Of a DNA stretch of 64,000 nt, positions 1 through 8,677 are shown piece after piece; the stretch's first letter is position 1, and every line of letters starts with the position of its first letter. A program made the translations under genes and the position numbers. Below the pieces are notes generated by a model that searched no databases, was not told where the DNA came from, and saw nothing but the letters and a program-made list of their open reading frames with translations. Where the stretch lies: positions 103,726-167,725 of the forward strand of contig CAZXPC010000001.1 of NCBI GenBank assembly GCA_964643135.1. Reading direction: 5' to 3'. The stretch comes from an uncultured Candidatus Saccharibacteria bacterium. GTDB taxonomy: Bacteria > Patescibacteriota > Minisyncoccia > UBA6257 > Colwellbacteraceae.

Positions 1-20
1 AATTATACTATCCTTTAGGG

Positions 21-1430
21 ATGAAACTAAATGACGTAAGGGTCAGAATGGCCCCGTCTCCAACAGGCTATTTGCACATCGGATCGGCCCGCACCACGCT
101 CTTCAACTGGCTTTTTGCCAAGGCTAATAACGGTAAATTCCTATTAAGGATTGAAGACACCGACAAGGAGCGTTCAAAAAAGGAATTCGAGGAAGACATC
201 GTTAACGGAATCAAGTGGTTGGGCTTGGAATTCGATGAGTTTTACCGGCAAAGCGAGCGGACGGCGATCTATAAGGAGCATTTAAAGAAACTTCTGGACG
301 AAGAGAAGGCTTATTATTGTTTCTGCACCAAAGAAGATTTGGAGGCCGAAAAGGCGAGTCTCGCCGCGGCTGGGCTTCCGACCAAATACGGCGGCCGCTG
401 CCGGGCTGTGACCCATGATGCGGCGCTGAAAAGAGTAATCAACGGCGAAACAGCCGTGATCCGGTTCAAAGTTCCCGAAAAGAAGATATCTTTTAAAGAC
501 ATGATCCGCGGCGAAATTGTTTTTGACGCCGGGTTAATCGGCGACCAAATTATCGCCAAAGATTTGGATAATCCTCTTTATAATTTTGTGGTTGTGGTTG
601 ACGATGCGCTGATGTCGATCAGCCACGTGATCCGGGCGGAGGACCATCTCTCCAACACGCCGAAGCAGATGCTTCTTTACGAAGCCTTCGGATGGAAGAT
701 ACCTCAATTTGCTCATTTACCTCTAATTTTGAATACAGACCGGAGCAAAATGTCGAAGCGGTATTTGGATACGGCCCTGCGCGATTACCGCGAAGAGGGA
801 TATCTCAAAGAGGCTCTGCTGAACTTTATGTCGTATCTCGGCTGGCATCCTAAAGAAGACAAGGAGATCATGTCGGTTGATGAAATTGTGAAAGAATTTA
901 CTCTGGAGCGCGTTCAGAAGGCGGGCGCGGTTTTTAATATCCAGAAATTGGAGTGGCTGAATGCTCACTACATCAACCAGATGGATGTAGATAAATTTAT
1001 AGAGATGTCTAAGGATTATCTTCCGCCTGATTGGAAGATGAACAAGGCCATGGCCCTATCGGTAAAAAGCCGGGTCAAGAGATTCGGCGAATTAAAAGAC
1101 TTGGTTGACTTTTATTTCAATCTGCCTGAATATTCGGCGGCCATCCTTAAATGGAAGGATATGGCGGCGAGCCAGGTTATCGCCAGCCTGGAAAAAGCAT
1201 CGGTGATTATTAAGCAAATCGGCGATCCGGTTTTTAATAAGGAAAGCATTGAGAAAATCCTCGTGCAGGAGAGCGCCGATATTAAAAAGGGCGAATTCTT
1301 CTGGCCGCTGCGGGTCGCTCTTTCCGGCAAGGAAAATTCACCGACGCCTTTTGAGATGATCGAAGCTTTGGGCCGTGATGAATCTCTCCGCCGGATTGAT
1401 GCCGCGATCGCAAAAATTCATCAATTATGA
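21..1430 (+). CDS. gltX: Glutamate--tRNA ligase
   Basis: RMAPSPTGYLHIGS (HIGH-like), LRIEDTD, KMSKR motif, C-terminal PLRVALSG anticodon domain. Confidence 0.97.
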   Translation: MKLNDVRVRMAPSPTGYLHIGSARTTLFNWLFAKANNGKFLLRIEDTDKERSKKEFEEDIVNGIKWLGLEFDEFYRQSERTAIYKEHLKKLLDEEKAYYCFCTKEDLEAEKASLAAAGLPTKYGGRCRAVTHDAALKRVINGETAVIRFKVPEKKISFKDMIRGEIVFDAGLIGDQIIAKDLDNPLYNFVVVVDDALMSISHVIRAEDHLSNTPKQMLLYEAFGWKIPQFAHLPLILNTDRSKMSKRYLDTALRDYREEGYLKEALLNFMSYLGWHPKEDKEIMSVDEIVKEFTLERVQKAGAVFNIQKLEWLNAHYINQMDVDKFIEMSKDYLPPDWKMNKAMALSVKSRVKRFGELKDLVDFYFNLPEYSAAILKWKDMAASQVIASLEKASVIIKQIGDPVFNKESIEKILVQESADIKKGEFFWPLRVALSGKENSPTPFEMIEALGRDESLRRIDAAIAKIHQL

Positions 1431-2737
1431 AGAAAATTAATTTATTAATTACAATTATTTTTTCGGCTTCGGCAATCGGCCAGTTTCTGTCGCCGGCTTT
1501 TGCTGAAACGACTGCCGGCTCAACACCAGCTCCCCAAACTGCGCCGGCGCCCTCTACTATTGATCCAAATAGTGAGCTCAATAAATCTATTACCGACAAA
1601 GCTAAACAGCTGGAAGAACTAAATAATCAGATAAAGCAAACCCACGATAACCTCAGCCAGTTAAACAGCCAGAAACGGACTCTGAACACCGAGTTGAAAA
1701 AGATCGACTATACGGTTAACCAGGTTGACCTCAGCATAAAAGCGAGCGAAATAAATATCAGCAAGTTAGGGCTGGAGCTTCAAAAGCTGAATCAAAAATC
1801 AGACGAGGTCGAGACAAGCATCGCGGAAAAGAAAGAAGCCATCAAGTCCGCTATCTATATGTTGAGTAAAGAAGATAAAAACAATCTACTTACGACATTC
1901 CTGAGGAGTCAGAGCTTGGTCAAAGGAGCTTTCGAAGCGCAAGCCCTCATAAATATCGAAAATCAACTAGCAACCAATGTTTCGGAGCTGGACGATTTAA
2001 ATCAGGCGCTGAACGATACGATTGACCAAGAAGCCGCGAAAAAACAGCAAGTTGAAAAAGAAAATCAGAATCTAAAAGTTAGAAGGGATTTAGCAGTGGC
2101 CGAGAGAAATGACCGAAGCGATCTGCTGGCTCAAACAAAAAACAAAGAACAAATTTATCAGGATCAGCTTCAGGCCTTGGAGAAACAGCAAGCCGACATT
2201 GCGGCTGAAATTGAAAAATTGGAATCAGTTTTGCGGGGGGAGATCGATGCCTCTAAGATCCCGCCAGCCCGGCCGGGACTTTTGGCTTTTCCGGTTCCGG
2301 GAGGAATAGTCAGCCAAGGCTATGGGCGCACCAGTTTCGCCAAAGTAACTTACGGCAGCCAGTGGCACAACGGCTATGACATCGCCAAATATTTGGGCGC
2401 TGAAATAGTGGCCGCCGACGATGGAACTGTGGTCGCAATGGGCAATCAGGATAAATATTGCCGGGGCGCAGCTTATGGCAAGTTCATTGTCATTAAGCAT
2501 CATAACGGACTCACCACCTTATATGGACATCTTTCAGTGCAAAATGTCTCATTGGGTCAAGAAGTGAGTCGCGGTGAGACAATCGGCTACATGGGCAAAA
2601 CCGGCTGGGCGACCGGACCCCATTTGCACTTTACTATTTTTGATTCGTCTACTTACTCGCTTGGCCCGAGCCGGACCTGCGGGCCGATGCCGGTCGGCGG
2701 AGATATTAACCCGGGCAACTATTTACCAAGCGCATAG
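1427..2737 (+). CDS. Secreted coiled-coil M23 peptidase (EnvC/murein hydrolase-like)
   Basis: Signal peptide, long coiled coil, HNGYD and TGPHLHF M23 zinc motifs. Confidence 0.9.
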   Translation: MKKINLLITIIFSASAIGQFLSPAFAETTAGSTPAPQTAPAPSTIDPNSELNKSITDKAKQLEELNNQIKQTHDNLSQLNSQKRTLNTELKKIDYTVNQVDLSIKASEINISKLGLELQKLNQKSDEVETSIAEKKEAIKSAIYMLSKEDKNNLLTTFLRSQSLVKGAFEAQALINIENQLATNVSELDDLNQALNDTIDQEAAKKQQVEKENQNLKVRRDLAVAERNDRSDLLAQTKNKEQIYQDQLQALEKQQADIAAEIEKLESVLRGEIDASKIPPARPGLLAFPVPGGIVSQGYGRTSFAKVTYGSQWHNGYDIAKYLGAEIVAADDGTVVAMGNQDKYCRGAAYGKFIVIKHHNGLTTLYGHLSVQNVSLGQEVSRGETIGYMGKTGWATGPHLHFTIFDSSTYSLGPSRTCGPMPVGGDINPGNYLPSA

Positions 2738-2749
2738 ATTATCTTACCC

Positions 2750-3688
2750 ATGAAAGCAGATCTGGAGATGAAAAAAAAGGAGGGATCATTTCTCCAGTCG
2801 GACGACTGGGCTTTATTTCAAAAGCAGCTGGGCCGGCCTAATTTTCAGATCGAAAGATCTGACTTCAGGGCGCTCCTGATTGAATACCCGCTTAAGTTTT
2901 TCGGCAGCTACCTTTATGCGCCGCGCGTATATTTAAAAGATCTGGACGATTTGGAATTCCTGGTTAAGCAGGCGAAGGAGATCGCGCGCGGAAGAAAATC
3001 AATATTCCTCCGCCTCGAACCCCAGGAGACAATATCTCTGAGCCAATATGGTTTTAAAAAAATCAGCTCTTTGCAGCCCGACATGACGCTCGTCTCCGAT
3101 CTTTCGCAGACCCACGAAAGTATATTGAAAAATATGGATCACGATACCCGTTATGCCGTTAGGACCGCCGAAAAGAGGGGAGTGAAAACTGTCTCATCGC
3201 GAAAAATCGGGAAAGATGCCGCTTTTGCCATCTTTTGGGAAATGTTTTTAGAAACCAACAAACGTCAGAGTCTTGGCCACTACGGAGAAAAGTATTATAA
3301 AGAGCTCCTGGCTTTTGACAGCCGGTCGGGGAGCCGCATGGAGTCCGAAATACTTTTGGCCGAACTCGAAGGAGTCTATATTGCCGGCGCAATTATTCTT
3401 TACTATGAAGATACCGCGACTTACCTCTACGCCGCTTCGGTTTCGGGTTATGGCCGTTTTAACGCGCCTTCATACGTTATCTGGCGGGCCATGTCGGATG
3501 CTAAAGACAGGGGCATGAAATATTTCGATTTCTGGGGGATCAGCGATGAGAATAAAAAATGGGCAAAATTCAGCGCCTTCAAACGCAGTTTTGGCGGAGA
3601 GGAGGTCCATTATCCCGGAACTTTTGATTTGCCGTTAAATCGGTCTCTTTATTATCTCTACCAGACTGCTAAAAAGATAATCCGTTAG
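2750..3688 (+). CDS. FemX/FemAB-family lipid II aminoacyltransferase
   Basis: FLQSxxW N-terminus, TRYAVRTAEKRGV, YFDFWG, FKRSFGG; next to murE. Confidence 0.88.
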   Translation: MKADLEMKKKEGSFLQSDDWALFQKQLGRPNFQIERSDFRALLIEYPLKFFGSYLYAPRVYLKDLDDLEFLVKQAKEIARGRKSIFLRLEPQETISLSQYGFKKISSLQPDMTLVSDLSQTHESILKNMDHDTRYAVRTAEKRGVKTVSSRKIGKDAAFAIFWEMFLETNKRQSLGHYGEKYYKELLAFDSRSGSRMESEILLAELEGVYIAGAIILYYEDTATYLYAASVSGYGRFNAPSYVIWRAMSDAKDRGMKYFDFWGISDENKKWAKFSAFKRSFGGEEVHYPGTFDLPLNRSLYYLYQTAKKIIR

Positions 3689-3689
3689 A

Positions 3690-4994
3690 ATGGTCAAAAA
3701 ACTTTTAAGAAAATTAACTCCCAAACGCGCGCTACTCTTCTACCATTATCTGAAAGCGGAGACGGCTTCGATTAAGCATGCCAATCCGTCGAAGGGAATG
3801 ATCGTAATCGGCGTCACGGGTACTAAGGGCAAGTCGTCGACGGCCAATTTTATCTGGGCCGGCCTCTCCGGCGCCGGAGTTAAAACAGGGCTCCAGAGCA
3901 CCGCTAACTTGAAGATTGGGACAGCCGAACTGGAAAATAGATATCATATGACTATGCCCAATCCTTTCGCAATTCAAGCTAATTTGAAGAGAATGGCCGC
4001 CGCCGGATGCAAAATTGCGATTGTTGAGACAACCTCCGAAGGAATCCTCCAATCCCGGCACAAGGGCATAAACTATGATATTTTAGTTTTCACCAACTTA
4101 ACTCCGGAGCACATCACTTCTCACGGCACATTTGAAAATTATAAAGCGACGAAACAAAGATTATTTAAAGAATTAAAAAAACAGCCCCATAAAACTCTGG
4201 CCGGTGTAGAAATCCCTAAAACAATCATTATCAACAGCGACTCGCCGCACGCCGATGACTTTCTTAAATTTCCGGCTGATCATAAGTTTACTTACGGGAT
4301 CAGCTCGAATGCCGATTTTAAAGCCGAAGATATCAGGGAAAATGAGCGAAATTTGAGTTTTGGAGTTTCAGGCAGAAGAGTCGAATTAAAAATTCCGGGA
4401 GTATTCAATGTTCTTAACGCTTTGCCGGTTTTCCCAATTTGTCGAATATTAGGCCTATCGGTTGAAGATGCGATTCGAGGCTTAGAAACCTTGACCGCAA
4501 TTCCCGGCCGAATGGAAACAATAATCGAAAAACCATTCCGGGTCATTGTCGACTACGCTCACGAAAAAGAAAGTATGACCGCGCTCATGGAAACAGCGCA
4601 GAAAATAAAAGGCGGCGGCAAGATCATTGTGCTTTTGGGCGCCGAAGGGGGAGGCCGGGATAAAACTAAGCGCCCGCTAATGGGTTCGATCGTCGGCCAA
4701 CAGGCTGATTATGTTGTCGTTTCAAATGTCGACCCGTATGAAGAGTCGCCGATGAATATTATTAATGATATCGCGGCAGCCGCCAAAGAAGAGGGCAAAA
4801 TTGAAAACCGGGATCTGTTCCTGATAGAGGACAGGCGGGCGGGAATAAAAAAATGTTTAGAATTGGCCGCGCCCGGCGATTTAGTGCTTATAACCGGCAA
4901 GGGCTCCGAACAATCGATGATCATCGGCAATCAAAGAATTGCTTGGGATGATCGAAGAGTAGTTAAAGAACTATTTGGTATAATTGAAAAATAG
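3690..4994 (+). CDS. murE: MurE-type UDP-MurNAc-dipeptide amino acid ligase
   Basis: GVTGTKGKSST P-loop, ETTSEG, FTNLTPEH, PGRME, VDYAH, GKGSE. Confidence 0.9.
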   Translation: MVKKLLRKLTPKRALLFYHYLKAETASIKHANPSKGMIVIGVTGTKGKSSTANFIWAGLSGAGVKTGLQSTANLKIGTAELENRYHMTMPNPFAIQANLKRMAAAGCKIAIVETTSEGILQSRHKGINYDILVFTNLTPEHITSHGTFENYKATKQRLFKELKKQPHKTLAGVEIPKTIIINSDSPHADDFLKFPADHKFTYGISSNADFKAEDIRENERNLSFGVSGRRVELKIPGVFNVLNALPVFPICRILGLSVEDAIRGLETLTAIPGRMETIIEKPFRVIVDYAHEKESMTALMETAQKIKGGGKIIVLLGAEGGGRDKTKRPLMGSIVGQQADYVVVSNVDPYEESPMNIINDIAAAAKEEGKIENRDLFLIEDRRAGIKKCLELAAPGDLVLITGKGSEQSMIIGNQRIAWDDRRVVKELFGIIEK

Positions 4995-4998
4995 CGTC

Positions 4999-5280
4999 AT
5001 GGAAATAAAAGAATTACTGCGAGAAGGGAAAGAAATTTGGACGGCCGAGAAGCGACTGACTTTAGCCGAAATTATTGTCAGAATGGGCAAAATTTACGGC
5101 GATATTTGCCGCTGGGAAAGGAATGCGTCCAAAGATTCATTGACCCACACCGACGAAGAGTTAAAGAAGGAATTAGGAAATATAATCTTCTCGACCGTCA
5201 GATGGTGCGATAATTTGGGTTATGATCCCGAGGATTGCATCGACCTCGCCATTGAATCTCAGAAGAAGTTTGTAAAGTAG
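4999..5280 (+). CDS. MazG-like nucleotide pyrophosphohydrolase-fold protein
   Basis: All-helical, LKKELGNIIF resembles the MazG EExGD motif (degenerate); ATG at 4999 preferred. Confidence 0.55.
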   Translation: MEIKELLREGKEIWTAEKRLTLAEIIVRMGKIYGDICRWERNASKDSLTHTDEELKKELGNIIFSTVRWCDNLGYDPEDCIDLAIESQKKFVK

Positions 5281-5303
5281 TTGGTTCGTGGTAAAATCGA
5301 AAT

Positions 5304-5450
5304 ATGAACGGAGAAGACTTCCTACATCAGATTCTAACCGAACTCCAAGCCCTAATTGACCCGGTGGTGGCAGTTATTAAGGGTTTATTCAACATAATGG
5401 CCCAAGTTTTCGTCTTTTTGGCAGACTTATTAAAGGGCATCCATTCATAA
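5304..5450 (+). CDS. 48-aa amphipathic/hydrophobic small protein (not in ORF track)
   Basis: MNGEDFLHQILTELQALIDPVVAVIKGLFNIMAQVFVFLADLLKGIHS; TGGTAAAAT extended -10 ends 6 nt before the ATG. Confidence 0.6.
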   Translation: MNGEDFLHQILTELQALIDPVVAVIKGLFNIMAQVFVFLADLLKGIHS

Positions 5451-5584
5451 TCATAAGAGGCGAGTAAGCGTATCGGAGTAACCATGCGTCGCATAAGATA
5501 CCTTTTCCGACGCATCCCGGCGACTCGCTAAGATTTGTTGACAAATCAATTCTCCTGTAATTAACTGTACCTGACGGTGGTTCG

Positions 5585-5815
5585 ATGGGATTGCACGAAA
5601 CGGAAGAAAAGCTCTTCATGGCCAGCATTCTGGTCTTGGTCGGAACGATCTGTGTGGCGCTGCTCTTCGGAGCTTTTGCCGTGGCGACTCAGTTCATTGC
5701 CCCTAAGCTCCTTGTAGCCCTGATCTTGGGGCTCGGCTTCAGCTGCTTCGGAGTTCTTCTGGGGGCTCTGTGGACCGTGAAAAAGAAACTTAAGGAGCTT
5801 CACGTCCGCGCCTAA
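5585..5815 (+). CDS. Small two-TM hypothetical membrane protein
   Basis: Two hydrophobic segments, basic C-tail, TTGACA upstream. Confidence 0.6.
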   Translation: MGLHETEEKLFMASILVLVGTICVALLFGAFAVATQFIAPKLLVALILGLGFSCFGVLLGALWTVKKKLKELHVRA

Positions 5816-5889
5816 CCTCGCTTGAGCATGTCCAACAAAGCGGACCTCTGCTCTATTTTTTTACCTAAATATATCTATAATTGGATCAA

Positions 5890-6651
5890 ATGGACAAGAA
5901 CGTCTCAAATTCCGAGGATTTTAAGAGCGCGCACGGCTACATTTTAAATGATGTTTGGTATCCGCGCGTCACGAGCATTGTTTCTATTAAGGCAAAGCCG
6001 GCCTTATATCGTTTCTATGGCGAGCTCAGCAGTTTTGCCGAAGGTGAAGCAATTAAGCAGAAGTCGGCTGATGAGGGCACATTGATTCATGAGGTGATCG
6101 AGAAGATTTTAATCGGCGAATCCCCTACTATTCCAGAATCAATTGCGCCGTCCATTAAAGCCGCCGTTAAATTTATTGACCAAAACGGCATTAAGGTCGA
6201 TAAAGATTATGTTGAAAAGCGAATTATAAACCATAAAGAAAGGTATACGGGCACAGTTGATGCTTTGGCCTTAATCGATGGCAAATTTGGCGTCCTGGAT
6301 ATTAAGACCTCTCAAGAAATTTACCGCGATTACAACTTGCAGACCGCGGCTTATTTTGGCTCGCTAATCGACGAACTGCCGAACCTCCAAACCAGGTGGA
6401 TTCTGCGGATCGACCAAATCCAAAAGTGTATGAAATGCGGTGCTAAGAGGCGCCTTAAGGGCGGCCGCGAAAAGATTAGAAAAGGCCCCAATTCAATCGA
6501 ATATTGTCGCCACGAGTGGAGCGAAATGGAGGGTGTCGTCGAGCTTAAAGAATTCCCGCATTGGAAACACGACTACGAAGCCTTTTTGGGAGCTAAAAAA
6601 CTTTGGGAATGGGAAAATTTGGGTTGGCTTAAAAAAATCGGCTACCTCTAA
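5890..6651 (+). CDS. PD-(D/E)XK nuclease superfamily protein (phage exonuclease-like)
   Basis: PRVTSI, GTLIHE, GTVDAL, LDIKTS, LQTAAY; CMKC...CRH insert. Confidence 0.8.
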   Translation: MDKNVSNSEDFKSAHGYILNDVWYPRVTSIVSIKAKPALYRFYGELSSFAEGEAIKQKSADEGTLIHEVIEKILIGESPTIPESIAPSIKAAVKFIDQNGIKVDKDYVEKRIINHKERYTGTVDALALIDGKFGVLDIKTSQEIYRDYNLQTAAYFGSLIDELPNLQTRWILRIDQIQKCMKCGAKRRLKGGREKIRKGPNSIEYCRHEWSEMEGVVELKEFPHWKHDYEAFLGAKKLWEWENLGWLKKIGYL

Positions 6652-6911
6652 GCTCCCAACGCCCAAGCCTTGAACTCGCCGTAATCAGTTGAACCGCAAA
6701 GCCACTTACCGGTTTTAGTATTAATAAAGAATGGCACTCCCCCACAGTAATTCTTGTCGTAGTCTTCCATCTTACGGGCATTTTCTTCGCTGTGCCACGT
6801 CTCAAATCGATCCAATTCTAAACCCTCCTCTTTTTTCAGACGCTCAATCAGAGGTTCCATTTCCAAACAATGCGGACATTCTTTGCCATAGAATTCAATC
6901 AAGTAGTTCAT
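6648..6911 (-). CDS. Thioredoxin/glutaredoxin-like protein
   Basis: FYGKECPHC, GVPFF; start set at MNYLIEF, 6 nt after TGTTATAAT. Confidence 0.85.
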   Translation of the reverse strand: MNYLIEFYGKECPHCLEMEPLIERLKKEEGLELDRFETWHSEENARKMEDYDKNYCGGVPFFINTKTGKWLCGSTDYGEFKAWALGA

Positions 6912-6929
6912 ACTGCTATTATAACATTT

Positions 6930-7096
6930 GAGCCGACCCAAAACCGACAAGCTCTGAAGCAACATCCCGCAGGAGAGTGGAGCTAGGTGCGCCGTTTTAT
7001 ATCTACGGCGACCACTCTCCGAGGGCGAAGAAAAATCTCTCGCTGGAAGAGATTTATTCTGTTTGCTGAAGGGCTTGGCGGTGAGGGGGGGCTGAA
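6930..7096. other. Intergenic multi-stem structured element
   Basis: Nested inverted repeats CCGACAAGCTCT/AGGGCTTGGCGG, GGAGAGTGG/CCACTCTCC, CGCCGT/ACGGCG, AAATCTCT/AGAGATTT. Confidence 0.5.
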
Positions 7097-7105
7097 TTAT
7101 GAGGC

Positions 7106-8293
7106 CTAAGCCCTGAGACAAACATCACAAGACCTGCAATTTGAAGCGAGGTATTTCTCCCCAAAATAGCCAAGCAGCATTTTGCGGCGGCAATTATTCC
7201 TTGAGGCCAGATTGGTGATCGCATCAAGCTGATTTTGCGCGATTTTAACCTGATCCAAGTCATTTTTAAGCTTAATAAAATATTCATGCTTCATTCTGTC
7301 GCCGTAGCTGAAAAATAGTATGCAGTCGGCCGGCTTGCCGTCCCTTCCGGCCCGGCCCGTTTCCTGATAATACCCTTCCAAATTCCGCGGCAGGTCATAA
7401 TGGATCACAAACCTGACATCCGGCTTGTCGATGCCCATGCCGAACGCTATCGTTGCCACAATGATCTTGGCTTTGCCATTAATGAATTCTTCCTGGTTGT
7501 CTGCGCGCTCCTTGTTCCCGAGGCCGGCGTGGTAAGGCAGTGCCGCAACGCCGTCCATATTTAGGCTCGCCACCATCTGATCAACCGATGCGCGGCTGAC
7601 GCAGTAAATTATTCCGGAATAACCGGGGTTGTTGCGGATATACGAAATCATATTGGCGTAAGCATTAGTTTTACCGTAGACAAGATATCGGAGGTTCTTT
7701 CGGTCAAAGCTCGCAACATATGCGCCGTGGTTATAAAAACCAAGTTCGCGAACTATGTCTTCGCGGACCTTCTCTGTGGCAGTGGCGGTTAAGGCCAGAA
7801 CCGGCACGTCGGGGAAACTTTCGCGAAGGTCGCCGAGGGTTCGATAACTTGGTCTAAAATCGTGCCCCCATTCGGAGATGCAATGCGCTTCGTCGATAGC
7901 GATTAGAGACACGTTAAATGACTTAATATAATTTAGGAAACCGGTCTTGGTTAATCTCTCGGGAGCCACATAAAGCAACTTGATTTCGTTGTTGGCCAGG
8001 CGCCCTTTAATCAGCCGTTCTTCTTTAACGCCCAGCGAGCTGTTTAAATAAGCCGCGCCGATATTGTTCTCGGTTAAACCCATCACTTGATCTTTCATCA
8101 GAGAAATCAAGGGCGAGATAACAATCGTAATACCCGGCAGCATCAAGGCCGGCAATTGATAACAAAGCGATTTTCCCGCTCCGGTCGGCAGAACCGCCAG
8201 CACGTCCTTGCCCGATAAAATATCTGAAATGATCTCCCGCTGGAAAGGCAGGAATTGATCAAAACCAAAATGCTTCTTAAGAGTTTCTTGCAT
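7106..8293 (-). CDS. recQ: RecQ-family helicase, short form
   Basis: PTGAGKSLCYQ, DEAHCISEWGHDFRP, TATA, QETGRAGRDG, terminal CRSCDVC. Confidence 0.92.
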   Translation of the reverse strand: MQETLKKHFGFDQFLPFQREIISDILSGKDVLAVLPTGAGKSLCYQLPALMLPGITIVISPLISLMKDQVMGLTENNIGAAYLNSSLGVKEERLIKGRLANNEIKLLYVAPERLTKTGFLNYIKSFNVSLIAIDEAHCISEWGHDFRPSYRTLGDLRESFPDVPVLALTATATEKVREDIVRELGFYNHGAYVASFDRKNLRYLVYGKTNAYANMISYIRNNPGYSGIIYCVSRASVDQMVASLNMDGVAALPYHAGLGNKERADNQEEFINGKAKIIVATIAFGMGIDKPDVRFVIHYDLPRNLEGYYQETGRAGRDGKPADCILFFSYGDRMKHEYFIKLKNDLDQVKIAQNQLDAITNLASRNNCRRKMLLGYFGEKYLASNCRSCDVCLRA

Positions 8294-8392
8294 CGGAATC
8301 AGTATAAACAATATTGGGAATAAGGAAAGGAGTATCGGAATCCCGCAGAGAAGCCTAATAACTTCGTTTTTTATCGTTGCTCTTAGGCCTTC

Positions 8393-8427
8393 AATTCTAG
8401 GGATATTTGTGAGATAATGGACAGATG
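8393..8427 (+). repeat. 35-bp promoter+ATG module, copy 1
   Basis: AATTCTAGGGATATTTGTGAGATAATGGACAGATG identical to reverse complement of 18167-18201. Confidence 0.95.
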
Positions 8428-8673
8428 TTTGATAAATTAAAGAAGCTAAACGAGCTCCGGAACCTGCAGAGTGAAATCAAAAAACAAAGCGCCGAGGCCT
8501 CGAAAGACGGCGTGCGGGTTGTTATAGACGGCGGTCTCGACATCGTTGAGCTGACTCTGAATCCGGCACTCGATATCAAAGCTCAGGAACGGGCTGTGAT
8601 CGGTGCTTTCGCCGAGGCCAAGACTAAAATACAAGCCGTAATCGCAAAGAATTTCGCCGGCAGCTTATTTTAA
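8425..8673 (+). CDS. ybaB: YbaB/EbfC nucleoid-associated protein
   Basis: MFDKLKKL...LQ helix, GVRVVIDG strand, AFAEA helix; typical size. Confidence 0.75.
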   Translation: MFDKLKKLNELRNLQSEIKKQSAEASKDGVRVVIDGGLDIVELTLNPALDIKAQERAVIGAFAEAKTKIQAVIAKNFAGSLF

Positions 8674-8677
8674 AACC

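Noticed and set aside
5890-6651. Possible Cas4/CRISPR locus
   Set aside because: No cas1/cas2 and no repeat-spacer array seen anywhere in the window.
6912-7121. ORF-track N-terminal extensions (thioredoxin, regulator, CopCD, FAD oxidoreductase, MacB permease)
   Set aside because: Downstream ATGs fit domain starts, promoter spacing or stop/start overlaps better.
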